Below, one piece after another: positions 35,773 to 44,520 of a stretch of 59,596 nt of DNA. This DNA comes from a virus. Its lineage: Duplodnaviria > Caudoviricetes. The stretch is taken from the IMG/VR virus record IMGVR_UViG_3300037296_000151, positions 1-59,596 of that record; one strand, given 5' to 3'. The notes below the pieces were generated by a model. That model ran no database searches, had not been told where the DNA came from, and worked only from the letters and a program-made list of their open reading frames with translations. How positions within the stretch are numbered: position 1 is the stretch's first letter; each line of letters opens with the position of its first letter. The position numbers and the translations under genes were made by a program.

Positions 35773-36816
35773 TCACTTCCGTAGGTTCTGCGCGTCAATA
35801 GAGAGCTTCAACCGGTTCGCGCGCTTGCGGTAATAGGCGACCATTTCGGCGCTCTGGTTCGTCACCGCTTGGATCTGTGCATCACTCGCACCGGCTTCGG
35901 CAAGCTCGATGATCGCCAGCTTGCGCAGGCCGTGCAGGGTGAAGGGCTTGGCCTTCGGGCCGAGCGTATCCCGCCAAGCGCGAAACGCCTTTTCAACGGC
36001 GTTGTAGCCGACCGGCTGGCGCAGGTTCTTCGCAATCACATGATCGCCGCGTGGCGTCAGCCCGGCGATGAAGTCGCGCAGGCGCGCGGGGCATCCCGTT
36101 TCAAATAGCTCGTCGCTCTTTTCATCGAGCACAAACATTGTCTCGCCCTGAAACTGGTCGCGCTTCATGCCAATGGCCGCACCGGGGCGCTGGCCGGTGC
36201 CGAGAATGAGTTGAACGGCGATCTGCACGTTCTCCGGCGCGGTATCGAGCCTGCCGATCATCCACGCGGGCCAAGGCTCATAAGGCGACTTAGGCTTGTA
36301 CGATGCCAGGTTCTTCGCCGGGTTCGGGCCGAGCGGCCAATCAAGCTCCGTTGCGGCGTAGTTCCACAGGATCGAGATGGTTTGCGCGTATTTGCTCGCC
36401 TTGCGCGGCGTGTCGGCCATCTTTGCCAACGCGGCCTTGAGCATCGGTCGCGTAATGCGGGACATATCCTTGTCGCCATTCTTCTCCGCGATCCGGTCCA
36501 TGTCGCGGCGGTAGCTGGCCTTAGTCGACGCTGCGAGGTCTTTCTGAACGGTATGATCTGCACGCCATGCCTCGATGCACTCGCGCCACGTCTGCTGCGC
36601 CGGGCGTTGCTGCGCCTCGCTACGGCCCGACCGAAACTCCCAATAGATCGTGTCGAGCAATTTGGCATCCCCTCGCCAATCTATGAGGTATTCCTTTGAC
36701 CGCTGTTTCCCGCCCTCCATCTTAGTAACCCGATAATAGGGCTCCCACGCGCCTTTGTGCGTGCGCCATCGCCATGTGAGGCTTGGCTTGGTGATGCGGG
36801 GCTTGGGCGTTTTCAT
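35773..36816 (-). CDS. int: Tyrosine integrase, 347 aa
   Basis: TGQRPG, HGLRK, C-terminal YY; adjacent attP. Confidence 0.93.
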   Translation of the reverse strand: MKTPKPRITKPSLTWRWRTHKGAWEPYYRVTKMEGGKQRSKEYLIDWRGDAKLLDTIYWEFRSGRSEAQQRPAQQTWRECIEAWRADHTVQKDLAASTKASYRRDMDRIAEKNGDKDMSRITRPMLKAALAKMADTPRKASKYAQTISILWNYAATELDWPLGPNPAKNLASYKPKSPYEPWPAWMIGRLDTAPENVQIAVQLILGTGQRPGAAIGMKRDQFQGETMFVLDEKSDELFETGCPARLRDFIAGLTPRGDHVIAKNLRQPVGYNAVEKAFRAWRDTLGPKAKPFTLHGLRKLAIIELAEAGASDAQIQAVTNQSAEMVAYYRKRANRLKLSIDAQNLRK

Positions 36817-37022
36817 AGCTCAAAGTCCTCTTCGGGCAGGGACGCGCTGCCGTTCAGTATGGCCTCGATGTCAGCCACGCGCCAGCGTTCACAGCCGCCG
36901 ACGCGGGCGGGCGGGGGTAGAGCCCCCGCACCAACCAGCCGCCGAAACTCTGCCTGCGACATATCGAGCATCTTGGCTGCGGTCGTCTCGCGCACGGCGA
37001 GCGGTAGGATCGGCGCGTTCAT
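36813..37022 (-). CDS. Excisionase-like wHTH protein, 69 aa
   Basis: AAKMLDMS...LPPP...RWRVADIE; coupled to int. Confidence 0.75.
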   Translation of the reverse strand: MNAPILPLAVRETTAAKMLDMSQAEFRRLVGAGALPPPARVGGCERWRVADIEAILNGSASLPEEDFEL

Positions 37023-37192
37023 GCCTCACTCTCCTGAAATTCCCCGCACCAATCATCGCGCTTGGTAAACGGCCATGCGCGGGCATCGGTGGGGCTGTCT
37101 ATAAATGCGGGCGGCATACGGCGGCACTCGCCAATCAGAACGGATCGGCCCTGTCGCCACCATTTGCAGCGGGTGCAGGTCGGCTGGCTCAT
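37019..37192 (-). CDS. Small 4-Cys protein, 57 aa (not in ORF track)
   Basis: CTRCKWW...GECRRMPP...WP...DWCGEF; ATGA coupling on both sides. Confidence 0.7.
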   Translation of the reverse strand: MSQPTCTRCKWWRQGRSVLIGECRRMPPAFIDSPTDARAWPFTKRDDWCGEFQESEA

Positions 37193-37455
37193 GCCTTCCC
37201 CCCTAGCCCAAGTGCTGCGCGGGCGGCATTTTCCACCTCTGCGATATGGTCCGCCATGCGCTTGCCGTGAATGTGCGGCTTGAATGCAATCTCCCGCAGC
37301 GCAGCTTCTAGCGCGTCTATGCGTTGTTGGTGAATGTCTGCGCGGACGTATTCAGTAGCGGTGCAATCCGTCATGTGGGTTGACCAAAAGGTGCCATAAC
37401 CGCCTTCATCCTCGTGTTCAGCTTGCGCCCATATCCGTTCCGGTGCGTCTGTCAC
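37189..37455 (-). CDS. Hypothetical protein, 88 aa
   Basis: APERIW...EYVRAD pattern; coupled ORF. Confidence 0.7.
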   Translation of the reverse strand: MTDAPERIWAQAEHEDEGGYGTFWSTHMTDCTATEYVRADIHQQRIDALEAALREIAFKPHIHGKRMADHIAEVENAARAALGLGGKA

Positions 37456-37808
37456 TGGCTGTCCTCCGTGATAGCGCGTAGGCGTTCGGTGTAAGCCTTA
37501 ACGCCGCGCTGATAGCCTTCCCATTCCTTGACGCTCACAAAATGCGCCATGCTCTTAGCCAAGCTGCCTTCGATGTTTTCAGCCAGCAGCACCTTCGCCG
37601 CCTCCTGCGGTGTCATGGCGTCACATCGCTGCCCCTCGGCAACTAGGCGATCCATGGCGGCGCTCTCTAGCGTCTTTATGCGCTCGGCTTGGGCGCGAAG
37701 TTCCTGCGATACCTGCGCGGCAAGCTGGCTGTTGAAGTCGCGGCCCCCGCTGCGCACGTTGTCCATTGCGCGGGCCAGCTTTTCGGCCTTGGTCAGTTCA
37801 TCGTTCAT
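37452..37808 (-). CDS. Hypothetical protein, 118 aa
   Basis: Coupled ORF in the operon. Confidence 0.65.
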   Translation of the reverse strand: MNDELTKAEKLARAMDNVRSGGRDFNSQLAAQVSQELRAQAERIKTLESAAMDRLVAEGQRCDAMTPQEAAKVLLAENIEGSLAKSMAHFVSVKEWEGYQRGVKAYTERLRAITEDSQ

Positions 37809-38152
37809 GCCTTCCCTTCCTTCGCGCTGCGCTCCATCGCCCAGCGATAGACGCGCTGCTTGAACCGCTCCTTTGCCAGAGCGCCATCCCTAAGCAGCAC
37901 ATTGCGCACATAGCGATGATCGAGGCCGAGGTCGCGGGCGCAGTCTCCGATGCTGGGCCATGTGTGGCCTGCGACGGTGACGGGGATAGGCTTGCGGCCC
38001 CCTCTGGGGTTTTTCGCGCCGTACTTGCGCAGGCCAACGCCATCGAGCGTCCCGCGCTCCATCGACGTGTAGATCGTCTGCTTGGACACCTTGAGCGCCT
38101 TGGCCGCCTCCGGCACGCTCTCATAGACCTTGCCTCGCACTTCAACTCTCAT
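37805..38152 (-). CDS. Protein with tandem NUMOD1-like HTH modules
   Basis: YESVPEAAKALKVS and WPSIGDCARDLGL. Confidence 0.65.
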   Translation of the reverse strand: MRVEVRGKVYESVPEAAKALKVSKQTIYTSMERGTLDGVGLRKYGAKNPRGGRKPIPVTVAGHTWPSIGDCARDLGLDHRYVRNVLLRDGALAKERFKQRVYRWAMERSAKEGKA

Positions 38153-38493
38153 GCCCTCTTCTCCGCGATAGTCACGCACAGGCCGGTGACTGCGGCGCGG
38201 ATAGAAGGATCGACGCTGCGCAGGGACCGAATAAGCGTTGCCTCTTCGGTGGTAAGCTCCACCGGGGGCGTCTCCCCCTGCGTCTCAGGGAAGAAGAGCG
38301 CAGGCGGCATATCGAGCGCCTGTGCAAGCTCAAAGAGGCGCGAGGCCGCGATCCGGTTCGATCCCAACTCGTACTTCTGTATCTGCTGGAAAGACACGCC
38401 CAGCTTGAGGGCGATGTCGGTTTGGCTCATGCCGCGCAGCTTGCGCGCGGTTTTCAAGGTCTTGCCAACGTGGGCGTCAATGGGGTGTGTCAT
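38149..38493 (-). CDS. XRE-family HTH regulator, 114 aa
   Basis: SQTDIALKLGVSFQQIQKYELGSNRI. Confidence 0.88.
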   Translation of the reverse strand: MTHPIDAHVGKTLKTARKLRGMSQTDIALKLGVSFQQIQKYELGSNRIAASRLFELAQALDMPPALFFPETQGETPPVELTTEEATLIRSLRSVDPSIRAAVTGLCVTIAEKRA

Positions 38494-38759
38494 GCTGCGA
38501 TGTCCTCGCGGGTGTTGTGCTCTGATGTGAAACGGACTGCGGTAAAGGGCCAATCTTCGCCCCGTATCTTCGCGCGGTCGCGCAACTTCTTGGCCTGCTC
38601 CTTGGTGCCTGACCATGCGTATGCTGTGCCTTCGGTGGTCCCGGCGCCAGAAAGGTGAAGGTAGGTCTTGGTGCGCGGTATCTTGAAGCGCACGCGGTTG
38701 TTGTCGGTGCGGTGATACTGCGTGTTGATCGGCGGGGCAGAGCTAAAGGTATCGGTCAT
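38490..38759 (-). CDS. Hypothetical protein, 89 aa
   Basis: AGGAGG SD; ATGA coupling. Confidence 0.65.
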   Translation of the reverse strand: MTDTFSSAPPINTQYHRTDNNRVRFKIPRTKTYLHLSGAGTTEGTAYAWSGTKEQAKKLRDRAKIRGEDWPFTAVRFTSEHNTREDIAA

Positions 38760-39118
38760 GCCGCGCCCTCCTTGCTGAAAACCACAATCGCGGCCTCTGC
38801 GGCAACGTACTGGCCCGGCCAGCGACTTTCGTCGCCAAACATGGCCAGTGCCATTTCGCGGGCGACCTTCTCGACGGGATCGACCACGGCGGGCTGTGTG
38901 GCGCGACGGGCGAGGCGGGCGGTGTGCTTGCGCCCGGCGATGGCTTCCGCGTCGTCGGCAGTCTCGCCCCATTCCGCGATCACGTTCAGAGCGTGCTCCA
39001 TGCGCTTGATGCGCTCCTGCATTTCGCCAAAGGCGGCGACTTGCAGGCGGTCGATGTTGATAGGCTCGCCTTGCGCGTAGCTGTGCGGCCCGGTCTTTAC
39101 TGTCACCATTCTACTCAT
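38756..39118 (-). CDS. Hypothetical protein, ~120 aa
   Basis: ORF in operon; start uncertain. Confidence 0.55.
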   Translation of the reverse strand: MSRMVTVKTGPHSYAQGEPINIDRLQVAAFGEMQERIKRMEHALNVIAEWGETADDAEAIAGRKHTARLARRATQPAVVDPVEKVAREMALAMFGDESRWPGQYVAAEAAIVVFSKEGAA

Positions 39119-39122
39119 CTTA

Positions 39123-39341
39123 TCATCCCATCTTTGCAATTCGTTCGTCCCGCTCTTCCTGCTGCGCAGCATCGTGGCCTTGCCACCAAGCCACGCGCAG
39201 GGGCGGGTTGTTGTCGTGAGGGCAGTCGTCGCGCCGGGCGTACCCAGCCTCTTTCCCTGCCCGGTAGGCATCCCAGAACCCCTCCGGCCTTTTGATCGGG
39301 GGGCGTGCTCTCAGTCTCTTTGTTTTTGCGCTAACTCTCAT
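39123..39341 (-). CDS. Rmf/CrpP-fold small protein, 72 aa
   Basis: AYRAGKEAG...CPH...AWWQGH. Confidence 0.65.
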   Translation of the reverse strand: MRVSAKTKRLRARPPIKRPEGFWDAYRAGKEAGYARRDDCPHDNNPPLRVAWWQGHDAAQQEERDERIAKMG

Positions 39342-39694
39342 GTCTCGTCTTCCTCGCGTCTCACGACGCCGCCGCCCACCTTGCGCTTCCAGCGGTCGCG
39401 CTTGTGGCCGGGCAGCTTTCGCTTGTGCGGATCTTCCGCGTTGACGTGCCGGGCGCGCACGGCGCGCGCCTTGGCGATGTTGGGGGCGTCATGCTTTGCG
39501 GTCTTGGCCATGTGGCACCAGCAACAAAGCACGTCGCAGTTTTCGAGAGTGTTCCCGCCGCCTAGCTCGCATGGGATGCGGTGATCGTACTCAGGTCCAT
39601 CGCCGGGCATGATGTCGCGCCCACACTGTTCGCAGCGACCGCCGCAGCGGTCCCATGCTTGCAGTTTGGTGCGGCGGGAAAACTCCTGTCTCAC
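39338..39694 (-). CDS. HNH endonuclease, 118 aa
   Basis: CEQC, DHRIP...GGN...N...CWCH. Confidence 0.88.
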   Translation of the reverse strand: MRQEFSRRTKLQAWDRCGGRCEQCGRDIMPGDGPEYDHRIPCELGGGNTLENCDVLCCWCHMAKTAKHDAPNIAKARAVRARHVNAEDPHKRKLPGHKRDRWKRKVGGGVVRREEDET

Positions 39695-39984
39695 GTTCTC
39701 ACAAGCTCCCAGAGGATCGCCTTGCGGCCCGACTTGTTCTTGCCGCGCTCGCCGCTGTCCACGATCATGCCCGCCTTGCGCAGTTCAGTGATGCGCGGGC
39801 GGATCGCCAGCATGTCATGCCCCAATGCAGCCGCAATTTCGTCGGCGCTGCGCGGGGCGGGGGCTTTAGTGAGATAATCGAGCACTTGGGCGCGCATACT
39901 GCCTGCCCTAACCTCGATCTTCTCGGCGGCCTCGATGCTGGTGTCTGTCCCAGCATGGCCGATCTTCTTGAAGGTGTACCCCAT
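39691..39984 (-). CDS. Winged-helix DNA-binding protein, 97 aa
   Basis: SADEIAAAL...IRPRITEL...G.I.DSG. Confidence 0.75.
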   Translation of the reverse strand: MGYTFKKIGHAGTDTSIEAAEKIEVRAGSMRAQVLDYLTKAPAPRSADEIAAALGHDMLAIRPRITELRKAGMIVDSGERGKNKSGRKAILWELVRT

Positions 39985-40253
39985 CAGGCCATCCCCAACG
40001 CTTCTTTATACATATCGAGCACCGCTTCCTCTTCCGCGATGTCGTCTTTGTCGCGCTTGCGCATAGAGATTACCTTGCGCAGAACCTTGGTGTCATAGCC
40101 GAGGCTGCGCGCCTCGCTCATTACCTCCTTCTGCTGCTCGGCAAGGTCTTTCTTCTCACTGTCCAAACGCTCGATGCGCTCGACAAACTGGCGCAGTTCG
40201 TTGGCGGTCACGCGGTAGGTGGCATCGCCTTCGGTGGTGGTCGTGTCTGTCAT
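39984..40253 (-). CDS. gapR: GapR-like nucleoid-associated protein (DUF2312), 89 aa
   Basis: ELRQFVERIERL..EKK...GYDTKVLRKVI..RKRD......EEAVLDMY. Confidence 0.9.
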   Translation of the reverse strand: MTDTTTTEGDATYRVTANELRQFVERIERLDSEKKDLAEQQKEVMSEARSLGYDTKVLRKVISMRKRDKDDIAEEEAVLDMYKEALGMA

Positions 40254-40313
40254 GTCTCGATCCTCATAAGGTTATGGCGGGCAGGGCGGTGCAGCGCCCG
40301 GCCCGCAGTTGGG

Positions 40314-41321
40314 TCAGGCGTTGGCGCGCTCGTCTGCGAGGTCGATCAACGTCTTGTACTCGTCTGGAAGCTCCTGTTCGATTTCCGACAGCGCCTTGGC
40401 GTGGCTCTCCATCACCGCCTCGACATCGGAACCAGACACGCCGTTGAGGTCGGTGCGGATCATGTCGATCTTGCCGTTAGCGCGGATTTCAAAGAGCCGG
40501 TTGCCATAGGCTTCGCGCAGCTTGTCGCGGTCGCCATCGGACAGCTTGGCCGCGTCGGCCCCGGCAGTCTTGAGGTCGTCCTCCGTCTCGGCCAGCTTGA
40601 TCGCGGTCAGCATCGCGTCGAGGTCAGGCGCAGGGTCTTCCTGTGCCTTCTTGCGGCTCTTCACCTTGTCAGCGACGGACGCGGCCCGGCTCTTCTTCGG
40701 CGCTTCCGGCTCTTGCTCGCCCTGCGGCGTCACGTCGCGCATTTCGCGGGGCATGTCCTGCGCCTCTTCCGCGATGTGGATACCGCGCAGAACGTCCGTG
40801 AACACGTCACGCAGGGCAAAGCCACGCGCACGCAGTTGCATCATGCGCTTGGGGTACTGCTTCCACGGTCCTTGTTTGCCGATCAGGCCAGCGGTTTGCG
40901 CGTCGTCCCAAGAGAACTCGCGAACCGTTGCAGTCTCGCCCTTACGCTGCACCTTGCAGTAGGCGATCATGTCTTTGTCTTCGCCCTCAATCCATTCTTC
41001 GATGCTTTCGAGCTTGCCGGAGCCGCGCACCAGCGCGATCATCGCGTCACCCCAGATCGAGGGGCGGCCATTGATTACCGCGATGTTCTGCATGGCTTGC
41101 AGGGGCGGCAGGCCGATTTCGGAGCCCCACTGGATCGCAACCAGAATATTGCCGGGCTGGCCTTGGTAGTCTTTTGGCACGATGTTCGACTTCGACATCA
41201 CGTCAGCGAAGCGCATGGCCTCGTCAAAGGTCTTGGGTGCCATCATGCCCATGCTCTGCGGCAGGGCGGCGGGCGCGGTGGTCGCGCCCTCGTAGTGTGC
41301 GGGGGAGTGATCGTTAGCCAT
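40314..41321 (-). CDS. recT: RecT-like ssDNA annealing protein, 335 aa
   Basis: QNIAVINGRPSIWGD, WKQYPKRMMQLRA. Confidence 0.8.
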   Translation of the reverse strand: MANDHSPAHYEGATTAPAALPQSMGMMAPKTFDEAMRFADVMSKSNIVPKDYQGQPGNILVAIQWGSEIGLPPLQAMQNIAVINGRPSIWGDAMIALVRGSGKLESIEEWIEGEDKDMIAYCKVQRKGETATVREFSWDDAQTAGLIGKQGPWKQYPKRMMQLRARGFALRDVFTDVLRGIHIAEEAQDMPREMRDVTPQGEQEPEAPKKSRAASVADKVKSRKKAQEDPAPDLDAMLTAIKLAETEDDLKTAGADAAKLSDGDRDKLREAYGNRLFEIRANGKIDMIRTDLNGVSGSDVEAVMESHAKALSEIEQELPDEYKTLIDLADERANA

Positions 41322-42294
41322 TGATAATATCCTCTAGCTTGGTTGAGAGCCGCAACACGCGGCTGGTGGTGGTGTTGCTGAACTTGTCAGCGATGTCGGG
41401 GTGCGCGGCGCGCAAGCCCCTCGTGTCGATGCGGGTGGTGTCCTGCGCCTTCCATGTCGCGATCTGCTCGCCGCGATAGGTGATCTTCTCGGCGTCACCG
41501 ATGCTCGACACGATTTCGAGCTTCTTGGCGTCCATCTTCTTCTTGAGCGCCTTTTCCTCGGCCTTGAGCGCGTCGTATGCCTCGCAGGCATTGGCGACAT
41601 CGACGCCCACGATCTGCGCCTTGTCGGCCAGATGCTTCGGCCAAAGCAGCGCCGCGTCGTCCATGTTGATCGGTTCAGGGGGGTTGCGGTCTTCGACGCG
41701 CTTCCAGAAGGCTTCCGCCTCGCCCAGAAGATCCGCGATCAGGTCTTCGTTGCGCTCAACGGTGTAGGTGCGGAAGTCGTTGCCGCCCAAGAGCACGGCG
41801 CAATCCCACATGGGCACGTCGCAAATCGCCATGTACCACATGCACTGCAACAGGTAGTAATCGGGCACTTCATCGGTGCCAGCCTCGCCCCAAAACTGCG
41901 TCGTGAACTTGTCGCCGGTCTTGCACTCAAGGCCGCGATCAGTGGTCAGTCGACCGTCTTTGAAGCGGACGTTTCCGGCGATGTCGGGATTGATAACCGC
42001 CCGGTCGATGTTGGCGCAGGCGATGGAAAGCTCTGGGTGTGTCAGCAGCTTGTTGACGCGCTGGACCTTGTTGCCGCTGCGCTTGGCATACTCTTTGGCC
42101 ACCACGTCTTCGAGCACATGGCCCCAATAGGCGGGCTCGCTCATTTCGTCCTCGTCCTCGATGGGGTTCACCTTCGAGAAATAGACATCGAGGGGCGTCT
42201 TCCACTTCGACAGGCCGAGGATCGCGGCCATGTCGGAGCCACCTAGACCGGCCTGCCGGGCCTCTAGGAATTGCTTGTGGGTTTGTTCAGTCAT
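41314..42294 (-). CDS. YqaJ-like viral recombination exonuclease, 326 aa
   Basis: GLGGSD, ANID, LECKT, YLLQCMWYM. Confidence 0.9.
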   Translation of the reverse strand: MTEQTHKQFLEARQAGLGGSDMAAILGLSKWKTPLDVYFSKVNPIEDEDEMSEPAYWGHVLEDVVAKEYAKRSGNKVQRVNKLLTHPELSIACANIDRAVINPDIAGNVRFKDGRLTTDRGLECKTGDKFTTQFWGEAGTDEVPDYYLLQCMWYMAICDVPMWDCAVLLGGNDFRTYTVERNEDLIADLLGEAEAFWKRVEDRNPPEPINMDDAALLWPKHLADKAQIVGVDVANACEAYDALKAEEKALKKKMDAKKLEIVSSIGDAEKITYRGEQIATWKAQDTTRIDTRGLRAAHPDIADKFSNTTTSRVLRLSTKLEDIING

Positions 42295-42497
42295 TTGGGG
42301 GATTTCTTTCTGTCAAGCGCGCCGTTCAGTCGCACGCGCATCTTTCGGGTTCCCTCGACGCCCATAGGGTCGTGGGTGCTATCGTCGGGCCGGGCGGCGG
42401 CAAATCCCGCGCACCAACAAAGCAGATCAGACATCGCCCAACTGAGGGCTTCCGCCTCTGCGCGCGGGATGGTGATGGTGATTGGATCGTCCGACAT
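42291..42497 (-). CDS. Hypothetical protein, 68 aa
   Basis: TGATG coupling; ORF track. Confidence 0.55.
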   Translation of the reverse strand: MSDDPITITIPRAEAEALSWAMSDLLCWCAGFAAARPDDSTHDPMGVEGTRKMRVRLNGALDRKKSPK

Positions 42498-42679
42498 CAG
42501 ATCCCCGCCGCAATCAGCTTGGGGAAGACGACGTGATCGAGCCACGCGCCGAAGCCCACGGCGGCGACCATGGCCGCGACGACGATCAGGGGGCGGGCCT
42601 TGGCCCATGCCTCACGGCGAGCTTGCGCCGTGTTCATGCGCCCAAAGGCGCAAAGGATGGTGTAATGGTGTGTGTGCAT
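42497..42679 (-). CDS. Small membrane protein, 60 aa
   Basis: AAGGA SD; one TM segment. Confidence 0.6.
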   Translation of the reverse strand: MHTHHYTILCAFGRMNTAQARREAWAKARPLIVVAAMVAAVGFGAWLDHVVFPKLIAAGI

Positions 42680-42708
42680 GGGGCAATCCTTCTGCTTCGT
42701 TTGCTAGT

Positions 42709-42741
42709 TGCAATAAAATAGCAGGTGCAATCAAAATTACA
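42709..42741. promoter_or_regulatory. Putative repressor operators (TGCAAT-N4-ATTRCA family)
   Basis: TGCAATAAAATAGCA at 42709; TGCAATCAAAATTACA at 42726, identical to 50664. Confidence 0.65.
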
Positions 42742-42914
42742 AGACAGAAAGTTACTGCTTAAAATTCCAAAACGGGAATTTTGGGGTTGTTGTTTTGTTC
42801 ACGACAAGACAGATTCACGACCATTGCAAAATATCGTGACCGGGGGGGACTTTGTAACACCCCAAAGCGTTTAGCGGTATTTTTGTTTTCGATGTCAGAA
42901 GGTTAGGGGTAGTT

Positions 42915-43073
42915 ATGTGTTTTCAGGCAGGATCAACAACGAAAGCTCCGGCTCTGCGCTCCGAGCAGCGACAGGCAGAAGATCGGGAGTTTGAGGGGCT
43001 TGTGCGAGCCATGGCTCCAGCACAACGCAAAGAAATGGCCGCAGCCCTACGGCAGCGCCATTCGTCCGAATAA
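42915..43073 (+). CDS. Small 52-aa ORF convergent with the repressor; candidate antirepressor (not in ORF track)
   Basis: AGGGG SD; resembles repressor C-terminal helices; LexA-box-like GTTG-N7-GTTC at 42786. Confidence 0.5.
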   Translation: MCFQAGSTTKAPALRSEQRQAEDREFEGLVRAMAPAQRKEMAAALRQRHSSE

Positions 43074-43109
43074 ATCTAAAAAAGGTGGCGCGCTATTTAA
43101 GCTGGCGCG

Positions 43110-43424
43110 TCACCGTTTTCTTTTTTTGGCTTTAGCCGCAAAGGATCGAGCGAAGTTTAACCAGATCGCTCTCTCTTCGGCACTCAGGTCTCTAAATCTT
43201 TCGATAAGAAACTCTTCATCACCTTCTTCTGGCGCATTGTAATCGACCAGCTCCGAGGGATGCACCCCCAGCGACTGTCCGATACGCCCTTGCAGGGCTG
43301 CGTCTAAGCGGCGCAAGCCCCGCTCCACCTGCGCAAAATAGGGTTGGGATATACCGACCTTTTCCGCAGCTTCTCTTTGCGTGAGGCCAGCTTTTTCGCG
43401 GACCTCTTTTATTCTTAGTTTCAT
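43110..43424 (-). CDS. Prophage repressor (XRE HTH, no S24 peptidase domain), 104 aa
   Basis: LTQREAAEKVGISQPYFAQVERG; divergent from Cro. Confidence 0.85.
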   Translation of the reverse strand: MKLRIKEVREKAGLTQREAAEKVGISQPYFAQVERGLRRLDAALQGRIGQSLGVHPSELVDYNAPEEGDEEFLIERFRDLSAEERAIWLNFARSFAAKAKKRKR

Positions 43425-43558
43425 CTAACCTCACCGAGCAATTAACGCGATAAACGTGTTTTTATTTTTCTGCGTTCAGCCGCAGTTGTAATTTGACGCA
43501 ATGAAGGTGCTATCGCAACCGCCAATGGCCCTTGCTCGACCAAGCCATCTTGACACAA

Positions 43559-43574
43559 TGCGATCAAGATTGCA
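43559..43574. promoter_or_regulatory. Putative operator at the rightward promoter
   Basis: TGCGATCAAGATTGCA just after TTGACA (43550). Confidence 0.6.
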
Positions 43575-43584
43575 AAAAGCAATT

Positions 43585-43821
43585 ATGAAACTCTCTGATT
43601 ACATCGAAAGCTACCCCGGCGCTAAGACCCAGAGTGAGTGGGCCTTGGAGTTCGGCATGAGCCAACCGTTCTTCTCGCAAGTCCTGAGCGGCCAGCGCCG
43701 CCCCGGCTTCGACACTATGGTTAGGATCGAGCGCACCACGCGCGGCGCGGTCCCTGTTTCGTCGTGGGCCGCGCCCATGCAGGAGGACGCGCCTGCCGTG
43801 GAGTTGCGCGATGCCGGGTGA
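43585..43821 (+). CDS. Cro-like HTH protein, 78 aa
   Basis: TQSEWALEFGMSQPFFSQVLSGQRRP...IERTTRGAV. Confidence 0.85.
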   Translation: MKLSDYIESYPGAKTQSEWALEFGMSQPFFSQVLSGQRRPGFDTMVRIERTTRGAVPVSSWAAPMQEDAPAVELRDAG

Positions 43822-44026
43822 TCCGGCGCGCAAGACCACGGACGACAGGGAGCCGCGCATAAGGCCCATGCGGTCAGGCGGCAAAGTCTTCTGGCATCCC
43901 TGCAAGGTCTGTGGCCTGCCCTATGCGCCATTCGGGCGCGGCGTCGATAGTCGGCGCGGAAAAATGGGCGAGTGGTTCTGCCAAGAACATCTGCCCGAAG
44001 ATCACCACAACAACAAGAAAGGCTGA
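43811..44026 (+). CDS. Small Zn-finger protein, 71 aa
   Basis: HPCKVCG...APFG...WFCQEH. Confidence 0.7.
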   Translation: MPGDPARKTTDDREPRIRPMRSGGKVFWHPCKVCGLPYAPFGRGVDSRRGKMGEWFCQEHLPEDHHNNKKG

Positions 44027-44028
44027 AC

Positions 44029-44520
44029 ATGGCTAAAGCAACTCCCCCGTTTATGCGCTTTCTGGCTGGATACACTGTCTGCCCTGACACCGGATGCTGG
44101 CTTTGGGATGGGTCGAAGTATCCGAATGGATACGGCTGGCTCAAGGTGTTCGGAAAGGTCATGTCGGTACATCGGTTTTCTTACGAACTGCACAAAGGCC
44201 CGATCCCTGAAGGTCTTTGTATCCTGCACTCATGCGACGTTCGGCACTGCGTCAACCCCGATCACCTGCGTACCGGCACCCATCAAGAAAATATGACCGA
44301 AGCAGCCGAGAGGGGGCGGATGCCGAGAGGCCGAAGCCATCACGCTTTTGGCAAGCGCCACCTGCGCCCCAAGCAGGCACATCGAGTGCGCGTGCTCGGG
44401 CGGGTCTTCGAGAGCCAGAAGGCAGCGGAGAGGGCGCTCAACTTGGGCAGCGGAACGGTTCGGTACTGGATCAAGAACAGCCCTGAAAAGGCAGAAATCA
44501 TCAGCAAGGGAAACACCTGA
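44029..44520 (+). CDS. HNH homing-type endonuclease, 163 aa
   Basis: GCWLW, HRFSY, LHSCDVRHCVNPDHL..GT..EN. Confidence 0.9.
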   Translation: MAKATPPFMRFLAGYTVCPDTGCWLWDGSKYPNGYGWLKVFGKVMSVHRFSYELHKGPIPEGLCILHSCDVRHCVNPDHLRTGTHQENMTEAAERGRMPRGRSHHAFGKRHLRPKQAHRVRVLGRVFESQKAAERALNLGSGTVRYWIKNSPEKAEIISKGNT

